Source: Minisyncoccota bacterium
Lineage (GTDB): Bacteria; Patescibacteriota; Minisyncoccia; Phycocordibacterales; UBA5272
Length of the DNA stretch: 64,000 nt
Assembly: GCA_041651055.1 (NCBI GenBank)
Contig: JBAZJW010000001.1
Location: 242,661 to 306,660, forward strand
Direction of reading: 5' to 3'
The first letter of the stretch is position 1. The number at the start of each line of letters is the position of its first letter. Under the pieces are notes generated by a model that saw only the letters and a program-made list of their open reading frames with translations, was not told the origin of the DNA and searched no databases. A program made the position numbers and the translations under genes. Shown here in pieces: positions 47,140-56,623 of the stretch.

Positions 47140-47226
47140 ACACTTACCAAACCGCCTCCAGCGGTTTTTCTTTTTCCCCATATAATAAAGTTACCACCAT
47201 CTACTTACTTAAAAAAGATTACTTCC

Positions 47227-47255
47227 TTGCACCAATACCCCCTAGGGGGTATACT
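47227..47255 (+). promoter_or_regulatory. Promoter with CsoR-type operator
   Basis: TTGCAC-17-TATACT enclosing the perfect palindrome ATACCCCCTAGGGGGTAT (47235-47252). Confidence 0.88.
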
Positions 47256-47261
47256 ATTTTC

Positions 47262-47525
47262 ATGAACCAAGATATTCCAAAACTCATACGTCGCCTTAAA
47301 ATTATAGAAGGACAAGTTCGTGGCTTACAAGAAATGTTAGAAAAGAAAACATACTGTATCGACGTCATCACACAAACCTCTGCCATCAAACAGGCCCTCT
47401 CCACCATAGAAGACGCCCTCATGGAAGGACACCTCGAGCACTGCGTCGTCGACCAAGCAAAAAAAGGTCAACTAGAAAAAATAAAAAGTGAAGTTCTTAA
47501 AGTGTATCGTCTAAAAAGAAAATAA
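47262..47525 (+). CDS. csoR: CsoR-family metal-sensing repressor
   Basis: RRLKIIEGQVRGL, YCIDV, HLEHC, giving the C-H-C fingerprint of Cu(I)-sensing CsoR. Confidence 0.9.
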   Translation: MNQDIPKLIRRLKIIEGQVRGLQEMLEKKTYCIDVITQTSAIKQALSTIEDALMEGHLEHCVVDQAKKGQLEKIKSEVLKVYRLKRK

Positions 47526-47526
47526 T

Positions 47527-48732
47527 ATGAGCTGTACATTATGCGCCGAGGGAGGTATCAAAAACTTTAAAGACTTCAATGAATCATGCTTTTGTAGTAC
47601 AAAAGACCAAGAATCTCCCTATGGCAATTTCTCTTCACATTCGGCCGTCTTTCTCTCTCATGCCATTGTAGAAAATATACATGCAAGTATTACTGTTCTA
47701 GAAAAAACAATACGAAGCAGCTATTTTGCAGACTTAGTATCCGCCGAAGGCGATCCTATTTCATCAAATACAAATGGAGGACTACTCATGTCGTACGATT
47801 TTCACCTTGACGAAGAAACGCCAAAGCTTATTGAAATAAATACAAACGCTGGCGGATTTTTCCTTAGCTACGAATTATTGAAGGCTTCAAAAAACTGCTG
47901 TACTCATGCCAAGGCTCAAGATATTGAAACCATGGAAGAAACTATCGTGGCAATGTTTCGAAACGAATTCAAAAAAATAAGCGACAAACCATTAGGAACT
48001 GTCGCAATTGTCGACGAGAATCCAAGTGGACAATTTTTGTATCCAGAATTCCAAATTTGCAAAGACATTTTAGAAAAACATGGAATAACGACATACATCC
48101 TAAGCCCCGAAGAAATCACAGTAGAGCATGAGATGGCATACTATGAAGGAAAAGTCATAGACCTCATCTACAATAGACTCACCGATTTTTATTTCAACGA
48201 AGAAAAGAATGCAAAGTTTATTCCCCTTCTCAGAAATACAAAAACGCTCATCTCACCAAGCCTGGATGACCACAAGCTCTTTGCCGATAAAATTAATTTT
48301 ATACACTTTCAAAACCCCGCCACCTATAAAGACACACTCTCCCTAGATGAGATAACAACCCTTACCACCAGTATCCCTGAAACAAAATTAGTAACCCTTG
48401 AAAATAAAGACACACTGTGGGAAGGCCGAAAAAAATATTTCTTTAAACCTCTAAATAGCTACGGAAGCAAAGGTGCCTATAATGGCAAAGGGTTAACCAA
48501 AAAAGTATGGGAATCTATAATTACGCAACCATACATCGCTCAAGAGATCGTCAAACCAAATACAAAAATAAAAGAAATTGATGGTGCAGAAGAACCTTTC
48601 AAGTTCGACATAAGGGCATATACCTACAATGGAAAAGTATTACTCTTGGGCGCACGAATATACCGAGGGCAAACAACAAATTTCAGAACGGTTGGTGGCG
48701 GATTCGCCCCCATCTTTCTGACAGAGAATTAA
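47527..48732 (+). CDS. ATP-grasp peptide ligase (circularly permuted / glutathione-synthetase-like)
   Basis: YDFH..PKLIEINTNAGG, DLIYNR, FFKP..YGSKG, YIAQE and DIR..TTNF. Cys-rich N-terminus. Confidence 0.75.
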   Translation: MSCTLCAEGGIKNFKDFNESCFCSTKDQESPYGNFSSHSAVFLSHAIVENIHASITVLEKTIRSSYFADLVSAEGDPISSNTNGGLLMSYDFHLDEETPKLIEINTNAGGFFLSYELLKASKNCCTHAKAQDIETMEETIVAMFRNEFKKISDKPLGTVAIVDENPSGQFLYPEFQICKDILEKHGITTYILSPEEITVEHEMAYYEGKVIDLIYNRLTDFYFNEEKNAKFIPLLRNTKTLISPSLDDHKLFADKINFIHFQNPATYKDTLSLDEITTLTTSIPETKLVTLENKDTLWEGRKKYFFKPLNSYGSKGAYNGKGLTKKVWESIITQPYIAQEIVKPNTKIKEIDGAEEPFKFDIRAYTYNGKVLLLGARIYRGQTTNFRTVGGGFAPIFLTEN

Positions 48733-48764
48733 TCATTTAGAAAGAAACATACCTAAACACCATT

Positions 48765-49373
48765 ATGGAAACCACAACAAACAAACCAATCTGCGAGCAG
48801 TGCAAAATGGAATCTACACATACAGAAAAAGACGAAGTGGGTGTAGATCGTTTTTTCTGTGATCATCACTCTCTCACCCTTGCAAACAAAAAGAATGTAA
48901 CTACATTTCAAAAACTTGTACCACTTCTTTATGTCTTTGCAGTAATATTCTTCCTTTCTTCTGTTAGACAATTTGCAACGGGAATAAATCCGTTTCTTTT
49001 CATGATGGATTTTATGGGAATATTCTTTATTGTGTTCGGACTTTTTAAACTCGTCGACTTACGTGGGTTCGTTGAAGGATTTAAGAGTTATGACTTTATT
49101 GCCAAGAGATATACAGCATATGGCTATGCGTATCCTTTTATTGAAATCGCTTTAGGGGTTCTCTACATACTCGGTTTTATGTTCGTATGGCAAACACTGC
49201 TCGTACTATTCTTGTCCGCAATGGGAATATACACTGCATATATAGCGATTAAACACGAAGATGAGATACCATGTGTTTGTCTCGGTACACTTTTTGATTT
49301 CCCTATGACATGGGTCACCTTTACGGAAAATACGATTATGTTTCTTATGGCACTTTTTATGATGGTCATGTGA
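48765..49373 (+). CDS. MauE/DoxX-family membrane protein with N-terminal Cys/His motif
   Basis: CEQC..FFCDHH, FGLFKLVDLRGF..F.SYD, YPFIE, IPCVCLG. Confidence 0.8.
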   Translation: METTTNKPICEQCKMESTHTEKDEVGVDRFFCDHHSLTLANKKNVTTFQKLVPLLYVFAVIFFLSSVRQFATGINPFLFMMDFMGIFFIVFGLFKLVDLRGFVEGFKSYDFIAKRYTAYGYAYPFIEIALGVLYILGFMFVWQTLLVLFLSAMGIYTAYIAIKHEDEIPCVCLGTLFDFPMTWVTFTENTIMFLMALFMMVM

Positions 49374-49410
49374 TCTTCATAAAAGAAAAAAATTACTCGC
49401 AAAAACTCCT

Positions 49411-49818
49411 ATGAAAAATAATATACTTTTTGTTTCAAGTCTCTTGGCTCTCGCTGTCGGATTACTTATCGGATATTCTGTCTGGGGTACACGTGCCAAT
49501 GAAAACAACGTAATGTCTTCATCAACATTTGGACACAGAATGCCAAACGGACAAATGATGAACACCTACAGCGGAATGGATATGACAACGACAATGAACG
49601 GAATGATGCAGGAATTGCAGGGTAAAAATGGAGACGCTTTTGATCAAGCATTTTTATCACAGATGATCGTGCATCATCAGGGTGCTGTCGTTATGGCAGA
49701 AGCTGTGCTTAAGACATCAAAAAGGCCAGAGCTTCTTAAGCTTGCGAAGGATATTATCACAGCACAAACTAAAGAGATTGAGATGATGCAAGGTTGGGAG
49801 AGGACATGGTTTAAATAG
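49411..49818 (+). CDS. DUF305 (CopM-like) Met/His-rich exported protein
   Basis: N-terminal TM helix or signal, Met-rich linker, FLSQMIVHHQGAVVMA, IITAQTKEIEMM. Confidence 0.88.
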   Translation: MKNNILFVSSLLALAVGLLIGYSVWGTRANENNVMSSSTFGHRMPNGQMMNTYSGMDMTTTMNGMMQELQGKNGDAFDQAFLSQMIVHHQGAVVMAEAVLKTSKRPELLKLAKDIITAQTKEIEMMQGWERTWFK

Positions 49819-49858
49819 TTTTTGTACAACAATAAAAGCGCCCGGCAGGGCGCTTTTA

Positions 49859-50521
49859 TTGTTGCCTCATCACTTTACCATGATAGGGCCCTCAAAAAAC
49901 TATACGTATAAGGCTATAAAAGACCTTTACAAGCCAATCTATATGTGGAACTATAAAGGTATGATACCTACCCCACCCATTCTTCCACCCAATATCCCTA
50001 ACGTGCCTTTTTATTCTCAGTTCCATGATATACAACCACTTGCATGGCAAAAGGTTGGTTGTGGCGTTGCAAGCTTGGCCATGGTTATCGAATACTACAA
50101 ACCAGAAACGGTTTCAGTAAATACACTTCTAGAACAGGCATTAAAAAGTGGAGCATACAATAAGAATGCTGGATGGGTACACAAAGACCTTGTCCTCTTG
50201 TCAAACAAATACGGCTTAAAAGGAACGACCCATGATCTTTCGAAAGAAAGCAAAGATAAAGCTTTTATACAATTCAAAAAATCTTTGAAAGATGGGCCAG
50301 TAATCACGTCAATCTTCTATAAATTTAATCCAAAAAGTCCAATACCCCACCTTATTGTTATCGACGGTATCGATGGAGACACCGTGTACTATAATGACCC
50401 CGCATCAAAGGAGGGGGAACAAACAATTTCGGTAGACCTCTTTCTGAAAGGCTGGAAAAAGAAGTTCATTGTTCTTCGTCCATCTTCAGAAAAAGAAAAG
50501 GTGATTCTCGCTAAAAAATAG
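49859..50521 (+). CDS. C39-like cysteine peptidase
   Basis: VPFYSQ, GCGVASLAMV, HLIVIDG, YYNDP. The start is uncertain. Confidence 0.8.
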   Translation: MLPHHFTMIGPSKNYTYKAIKDLYKPIYMWNYKGMIPTPPILPPNIPNVPFYSQFHDIQPLAWQKVGCGVASLAMVIEYYKPETVSVNTLLEQALKSGAYNKNAGWVHKDLVLLSNKYGLKGTTHDLSKESKDKAFIQFKKSLKDGPVITSIFYKFNPKSPIPHLIVIDGIDGDTVYYNDPASKEGEQTISVDLFLKGWKKKFIVLRPSSEKEKVILAKK

Positions 50522-50582
50522 TTACCCTCAAACTAAAGAGTCTTCCCTTTGACAAACATCTTCGTGATACACTTAATGACAT

Positions 50583-51227
50583 ATGCCATTCTTTTATCAA
50601 TTACCAAAAAATGTGCGTGCATGTTTTTCAGGTAAAAATCTTCTTCTACAGGTTACAGCTATTATTCTTACCTATATCATCGTCATTTCCGGTTTTGATT
50701 GGCTGTATTTCACATCAGTACAAGGTCCCTATTTCCATACATACCTTTTCCCAGCCGTTATTATCGGAGGACTTCTTCCTATTTTTGGAACTGGAGCCTT
50801 ATATCTTTTTTCAAAATATACAAAGAACAAATCTCTCACGAATACTTCCTGGGCTCTTGCTCAAGCAAGCTTCCTTGGATGGTTCATTTCTTCTTTTTAC
50901 AAAGCCTTCACAGGAAGAATAGAGCCGGACCTTCATAGCGGAATGTTGTTAGACATTAGCCGAGAATGGAACTTTGGATTTCTCAAGCACGGCATTTTCT
51001 GGGGATGGCCGTCGTCTCATACGGCTGTCGCTTTCGCTATGGCTTTCACGCTCATAATGCTCTATCCGAAAAAGAAAACCATTACCGTTCTCGTTCTCCT
51101 CTATGCTTTTTATATCGGCTTCGGTGTATCAATCGGCATTCATTGGTTCTCCGAATTCATCGCAGGAGCAATTATCGGATCACTCATTGGAACGGTTGTA
51201 GGTAAAAGTTTTCGTACAAGAAAATAA
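50583..51227 (+). CDS. PAP2-family membrane phosphatase
   Basis: KAFTGRIEP, PSSH, GIHWFSE and multiple TM helices. Confidence 0.85.
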   Translation: MPFFYQLPKNVRACFSGKNLLLQVTAIILTYIIVISGFDWLYFTSVQGPYFHTYLFPAVIIGGLLPIFGTGALYLFSKYTKNKSLTNTSWALAQASFLGWFISSFYKAFTGRIEPDLHSGMLLDISREWNFGFLKHGIFWGWPSSHTAVAFAMAFTLIMLYPKKKTITVLVLLYAFYIGFGVSIGIHWFSEFIAGAIIGSLIGTVVGKSFRTRK

Positions 51228-51315
51228 AACCAAAAAAGAAACGTGTAAGAATTTATCCCTTTGCTACGTCATAGATGGCATACTGGACAGCTTTATTTAA
51301 ATACATAATTTCACC

Positions 51316-52284
51316 ATGAACACTCGCTCAGCAATCATTACTCTTATAGCAGGCCTCGCATTCATTTCTCTTGGTATATTCTGGTATACCCGTGAACAAG
51401 CATACCTTTCCATAACAACGTTTGATGAGTGTGTTGCTGCGGGCTACCCTATTCTCGAAACCTATCCAGAACAATGTCAGACTCCGGATAAACGCCTCCT
51501 TGTAAACAAGAAGCAGATTCCTTCACAAACCATTTCCACTTCAACTGTCACAGGAAAAGAGAACCTCATATATCTCGACAATCTCTCATCAGGCCAGACA
51601 GTAACCAGTCCCGTTACCATTTCTGGGTCTGCTCGTGGCAACTGGTATTTCGAAGCATCCTTCGGTGTCGAAGTTGTTGATGGAAATGGCACTCGTTTAA
51701 CAATGCAACCAGCACAAGCGAAGTCTGATTGGATGACGGAAAACTTTGTGCCTTTTTCGGTAACACTCACTTTTCCGCAACCCCTCACTGCAACAGGGGC
51801 AATTGTTTTCCATAAAGATAATCCGAGCGGGATACCTTTAAACGATGATGAGCTACGTATTCCGGTGCTTTTCAAGCAAGCAGAACGCACTGTGAAGCTC
51901 TACTATTACAACAGTGCTCTTGATAAAGATTCAAAAGGAAATATTCTCTGCTCTGCGAAAGGTCTTATGCCTGTAACCCGCACTATCAAAGTATCGAAGA
52001 CCCCTCTACAAGATACACTTCGTCTCTTCTTGTTAGGAGACATATCTCAAGAAGAAAAAATAGAAGGTGTTTCGAGTGAATTCCCTCTTTTAGGAGTTTC
52101 ACTCGCTTCCGCCACTATTACAGGAAGTGGTCTCACCACGATTACGTTACTTGACCCAAATAACAAAACAAGCGGAGGGTCCTGCAGAGTAAACATTCTC
52201 CGTGCACAATTAGAAGCAACAGCAAAACAATTCGAAACCGTAAAGAAAATCATTATAGTACCTGAAACTATTTTCCAACCATAA
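51316..52284 (+). CDS. Surface protein with Gmad2 Ig-like and GerMN-like domains
   Basis: TM helix, FDECVAAGYPILETYPEQC, ISGSARGNWYFEASF, GGSCRV..RAQLEAT.KQF. Confidence 0.75.
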   Translation: MNTRSAIITLIAGLAFISLGIFWYTREQAYLSITTFDECVAAGYPILETYPEQCQTPDKRLLVNKKQIPSQTISTSTVTGKENLIYLDNLSSGQTVTSPVTISGSARGNWYFEASFGVEVVDGNGTRLTMQPAQAKSDWMTENFVPFSVTLTFPQPLTATGAIVFHKDNPSGIPLNDDELRIPVLFKQAERTVKLYYYNSALDKDSKGNILCSAKGLMPVTRTIKVSKTPLQDTLRLFLLGDISQEEKIEGVSSEFPLLGVSLASATITGSGLTTITLLDPNNKTSGGSCRVNILRAQLEATAKQFETVKKIIIVPETIFQP

Positions 52285-52352
52285 ACAATACCACTATTGA
52301 AAAAAAGAAAAAGAGCGCTTAAGCGCTCTTTTTCTTTATGAATGATTTTCTC

Positions 52353-52541
52353 TTAACGAGGCCAAACCATTTTAACTGCGGCAAGACCTACAAGAACATA
52401 AACTACCGCTTCTAGTGTTGGCACTGAACCGAGAATCATGTTGACGACATTCCAATTACCGCCCGCAAGCATTCCTAAACCGACAAGACCCCAGTTCACC
52501 CCACCTACTATTACCAAGACACGCGTGACTTGTGAAAGCAT
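52353..52541 (-). CDS. DUF378 small membrane protein
   Basis: LVIVGGVNWGLVG..VYVLVGLAA. Confidence 0.85.
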   Translation of the reverse strand: MLSQVTRVLVIVGGVNWGLVGLGMLAGGNWNVVNMILGSVPTLEAVVYVLVGLAAVKMVWPR

Positions 52542-52686
52542 ATATGTTGTTTATTAGTAAACCCAGGAATCGTAGACTTGCCGACCCTGTTACTATAAGT
52601 ATAGCGAGCCTGAAAGGCCCTGCCAGTGGATAACTATTCTATAAAAGGATTACAAAATAAGAGTTTTAAGCATCCTTATCCCTTTT

Positions 52687-53151
52687 CTATTGCACTGACT
52701 TTGTAAAAACCGGTTTTACGAGATCAGTATATTGCTTTGCATTGAAAATATATCGAGATAGCGTACTTGTTCCGATGGACTGAATAAGAAATGCATGAGG
52801 TGGGTCATAGGAGCCAGCAGATGAGCCATTAATCGTAAGTGCGAGCAATCCTCCTGATTTGAATACCCATGTTCCGTATTCTTTGAGAACATCAATTGCG
52901 TCTTTACGTTCAATATCAACCTGAGCCACACCGTCTTCTGTAAGCGTCATCATGTACGGATTCTTGCATCCTGATGTTTCATTGCATCTGTAGACCCCAG
53001 AGACTTCTTCTGCGGTTGGTAATTTTGCAAAAGGTTCTGGTTTTCCTGCAATAGAAACACCTAAGACACCGTGATCATTCGCTTTAGTAATAAAATACCC
53101 CCCACCAACAATAAGCACAAGTCCGAGAGCTAGTACGATGAATTGATACAT
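52687..53151 (-). CDS. Membrane-anchored hypothetical protein (beta-rich)
   Basis: N-terminal TM helix, GVY.C....C, GTW. TATACT lies 6 nt upstream. Confidence 0.7.
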   Translation of the reverse strand: MYQFIVLALGLVLIVGGGYFITKANDHGVLGVSIAGKPEPFAKLPTAEEVSGVYRCNETSGCKNPYMMTLTEDGVAQVDIERKDAIDVLKEYGTWVFKSGGLLALTINGSSAGSYDPPHAFLIQSIGTSTLSRYIFNAKQYTDLVKPVFTKSVQ

Positions 53152-53211
53152 GAATAAAGTATAACATCAGACCATCCCCACAAGCTGACTTTCTGTGCAT
53201 ACCGCAAAAAC

Positions 53212-53274
53212 TTGCATATTCATCTCCAGTTCCGTATACTGAGTCTACCTTGATAGTTAGCTTGCTAACTATCA
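53212..53274 (+). promoter_or_regulatory. Promoter plus palindromic operator (MarR-like) of the nitroreductase gene
   Basis: TTGCAT-17-TATACT followed by TGATAGTTAGC-TT-GCTAACTATCA (53251-53274). Confidence 0.7.
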
Positions 53275-53308
53275 GCGTGCGAACTAATAACCCAAATCTC
53301 ACACCCCT

Positions 53309-53941
53309 ATGAAAACAATCACAGAAGCACTTATGTGGCGCTATGCTACAAAACAATTCGATGCGACCAAAATCGTACCAGAAGAAACCATACACCAGAT
53401 CCTCGAAGCTGGACGCTTGTCCCCTTCTTCATTCGGCCTCCAACCATGGAAATTTATTCTCGTTGAAAATAAAGATCTCCGTTTGAAACTTAAAGAAGCT
53501 GCATATAATCAGCCGCAAGTAATCGATGCATCACACATGCTTGTACTCGCATACAAAAATACTGTCGATGAAGCATATATCGATACGTACATGCAATCAG
53601 TAGCAGAAGCAAGAAGTATTTCTGTTGAAGACCTTGCTGGATTTAAAGGTGCTATCATGGGGTCCATTGCTGGTAAACCTTCTGATGCCCTCGCTGTATG
53701 GAATTCACGACAAGTATACCTACCTCTTGGTATTATGCTTGAGGCAGCGGCACTGCTTGAAGTAGATGCCTGCCCGATGGAAGGATTCGATACTGCGAAG
53801 TTCAACGAGATTCTTGGATTAAATGAAATCGGCTATTCAAGTGTAGCCATGATGACTATTGGTTATCGTGCGGACACAGATACGACAGCTGGAGCAGCAA
53901 AAAGTAGATTCCCCCTTGGTGAAGTCGTAATCAGGAAATAG
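53309..53941 (+). CDS. NAD(P)H nitroreductase (NfsB-like)
   Basis: WRYATKQFD, LSPSSFGLQPW, DACPMEGFD, IGYR. Confidence 0.93.
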   Translation: MKTITEALMWRYATKQFDATKIVPEETIHQILEAGRLSPSSFGLQPWKFILVENKDLRLKLKEAAYNQPQVIDASHMLVLAYKNTVDEAYIDTYMQSVAEARSISVEDLAGFKGAIMGSIAGKPSDALAVWNSRQVYLPLGIMLEAAALLEVDACPMEGFDTAKFNEILGLNEIGYSSVAMMTIGYRADTDTTAGAAKSRFPLGEVVIRK

Positions 53942-54039
53942 GTTTTAGTTTATAGGTTACAGGTTTTAGAAAATATGAAAACAAAGAGCGGCCATGAAGT
54001 GGCCGCTCTTTGTTTTACATAGGGTGGCCCTATGTATAC

Positions 54040-54924
54040 CTAAAGCCCTTCTTGTATATTCGGATTCTCGACAATTGTAAACGGGAATACTCCCTCTTCT
54101 GCCTTAATCGCAAACCCAGAAGATCCAGGATGTCCACTTCCACCAAATTTCCCTGCGAGCTCCGTACAGTCAAAGCTTCCATTACTTCGTAGTGAGCACT
54201 TCCACTCTCCATCATCATAACGATATGACAAAGCAACAGGAGGATACAACTCATACACTTTATGAAGAAGGTGAGACTTCTCATCAAGAGGAAGGGTGAC
54301 GTTCACCGCTGGCACAATAACCCCTTTCAAATCTATGAAATGAATACTATTCAGTGCTGGTTCTACAAGAATGTCGCGGTACCCCAACAACAGTTTTCCT
54401 TTTTCAATAACGAGACCCCTCTTACTTTCATCTTCCATTTCTTCATAGAGGGCGTCGAAGTCTGCAAAAGTTCGTGGACGAGTGAAGAGATAGACACAGA
54501 TGATGTGCGCGTCAGGAAGTGTGAAGGAGTAAATATCTGACTCACTGATGTATCGCAAAAATACAGGCACAGATATTTCTGGATGAAAATATTCCCATGC
54601 GAGATATGCTCCTGAATGTGCGAGATTAAAGACGAACTCCTTTCGGGCGGTCACATGCGCCTCCCCTCCCTTGTGGTGGTCAATCACAACGAGACGTTTT
54701 GCTTTTGATTCCAAATCCGAAAGTCTCGCTTCATCGTATGAAAAATCCACCACATACACTTCCTTTCCTTCTATTCCTTCTGGAATGAGATCTCCATAGG
54801 ACGCGGGAATATACGACGCCTCTTCACCAAACTTTTTCCATGCGGCCCAAGCGGCGCCGAATCCGTCTCCGCAATGCTTATGATAAATAACAACAATGTC
54901 TTTAAGGGGTTGAGTTGGTTCCAT
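54040..54924 (-). CDS. DHH/DHHA1 phosphoesterase
   Basis: YH..C.DGFG, VDFS, IDHH, SLRS, GGSGHPGSSGF. Confidence 0.9.
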   Translation of the reverse strand: MEPTQPLKDIVVIYHKHCGDGFGAAWAAWKKFGEEASYIPASYGDLIPEGIEGKEVYVVDFSYDEARLSDLESKAKRLVVIDHHKGGEAHVTARKEFVFNLAHSGAYLAWEYFHPEISVPVFLRYISESDIYSFTLPDAHIICVYLFTRPRTFADFDALYEEMEDESKRGLVIEKGKLLLGYRDILVEPALNSIHFIDLKGVIVPAVNVTLPLDEKSHLLHKVYELYPPVALSYRYDDGEWKCSLRSNGSFDCTELAGKFGGSGHPGSSGFAIKAEEGVFPFTIVENPNIQEGL

Positions 54925-55119
54925 ATGCATACATAGTACCATATCGGCATAATCGCCCAAGAAAACACCTCTGTATCTATCGAATATTTTAAGATGAAAA
55001 CATTGAATATTCTACAAAATGTGTTATCATGCATACATCGCCCAATCGGGCACTTTATTTTGGCATCTCCAGTGTTGCATTGCTCTTAGCTGTAAACTGT
55101 AGACTGTCTACTATCTATT

Positions 55120-56595
55120 ATGGCTGTCGAAAAACAAATCCCTGCTGGAGGTGAAACCGTACTTCGTTTTGAAGACGTCACCTTTAATTACAGCGAAAAC
55201 AAACCAGTCTTATTCGAGACTAGTTTTGTTGTACGCAAAGGAATCAAGCTTACCTTAATGGGACCAAACGGCGCCGGCAAGTCAACACTCTTTTCTCTTA
55301 TCATGGGAGAAGCGAAGCCAGAAGAAGGCCGCATCATCGTCGGACAAGATTTACGTATCGCTATTGCAAAACAATTCATTCCTCATACACAATGGAAGCT
55401 TACGGTACGAGAATTCCTCGAACTTGGCTTTGATGAAAAAGTATACGACATCGACAAGCGCGCAAAGGTAGTATTTGAAACAGTAGAATTAAACGTCCCT
55501 CTTGATAAAACTATCAAAGAACTTTCTGGTGGACAAAAAGGGCGTCTCCTCATCGCGCAAGCACTTATTCAAAAGCCTGACATTCTTCTCCTCGATGAAC
55601 CGACAAACAATCTCGATAAAGCGGGTGTACAACTTCTCACCGATTTTATGAAGTCATATGAAGGAACGGTAATTGTTATCTCCCATGATGCAGACTTCCT
55701 TAACTCATTCACACACGGTGTTATCTATATCAATACACAGACATACCAAATCGAACAGTATGTCGGTAACTATTTCAAGGTGGTTGAAGAAATAAAACGA
55801 GAAGTAGAGCGAGCTGAACGTGCCAATTCACAGCTTGAAAAAGAAATTCAGAACAACAAAGATAAGGTAAACTTCTTCGCACTCAAAGGAGGAAAGATGC
55901 GTAAGCTTGCTGCGAAATTACGTGATGAAGTAGAAGAGCTCGAAGACAGTAAAGTGGATGTTCGCAAAGAAGATCAAACCATTAAGCCGTTTACCATTAC
56001 CTGCCAAGAAGATATCGGAAGTGTCATTGTAAAATTCGACTCTGTAGAAGTGCTTCATGATGGGGCACCGGTAAAGAGAAAAGTGAACGTTGAACTTCGT
56101 AAAGGAGACAAACTTCACATCATCGGACCAAACGGTATCGGTAAGACCACCCTTCTCGAAAAGATTGCCAACCGTAATGAAAAAGGTGTAACCATTCAAG
56201 ATGGTATTATCGTTGGTTACTATCGTCAGGATTTCTCAACACTTGATTTTGAAAAGAGTGCCTACCAAGAACTTGCAAAGGTATTGAAGCGACTCGACGA
56301 TCAATTGCTCCGTCGCACGGCAGCAAGCATGTTACTCGGTGCCTCCCAGCTCGCCGCGAAGATCGGGCTCTTGTCTGAAGGGCAGAAAGGATTGCTCATG
56401 TTTGCATACTTGAGACTTCTACAACCTGGACTACTTATCCTAGACGAACCGACGAACCACATCAATTTCCGACACATTCCAGTAATAGCCGAAGCACTCA
56501 AAGCATACACTGGTCCGATGATTATCGTATCCCACGTTCATGAATTCGTGAAAGAAATAGGTGTTACTCAAACACTTGATTTAGGAAAATTATAA
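55120..56595 (+). CDS. ABC-F family ATPase
   Basis: Two ABC cassettes (GPNGAGKST, LSGGQ, LLDEPTNN; GPNGIGKTT, LDEPTNH) joined by a helical linker, with no TM helix. Confidence 0.92.
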   Translation: MAVEKQIPAGGETVLRFEDVTFNYSENKPVLFETSFVVRKGIKLTLMGPNGAGKSTLFSLIMGEAKPEEGRIIVGQDLRIAIAKQFIPHTQWKLTVREFLELGFDEKVYDIDKRAKVVFETVELNVPLDKTIKELSGGQKGRLLIAQALIQKPDILLLDEPTNNLDKAGVQLLTDFMKSYEGTVIVISHDADFLNSFTHGVIYINTQTYQIEQYVGNYFKVVEEIKREVERAERANSQLEKEIQNNKDKVNFFALKGGKMRKLAAKLRDEVEELEDSKVDVRKEDQTIKPFTITCQEDIGSVIVKFDSVEVLHDGAPVKRKVNVELRKGDKLHIIGPNGIGKTTLLEKIANRNEKGVTIQDGIIVGYYRQDFSTLDFEKSAYQELAKVLKRLDDQLLRRTAASMLLGASQLAAKIGLLSEGQKGLLMFAYLRLLQPGLLILDEPTNHINFRHIPVIAEALKAYTGPMIIVSHVHEFVKEIGVTQTLDLGKL

Positions 56596-56623
56596 ACCGC
56601 ACCCCTCCCTTGGTGCGGTTTAT

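Noticed and set aside
24099-52635. DnaA-box-like GTGGATAA words (24100, 52626) suggesting an origin
   Set aside because: They are isolated single copies, not clustered, with no dnaA/dnaN or unwinding element nearby.
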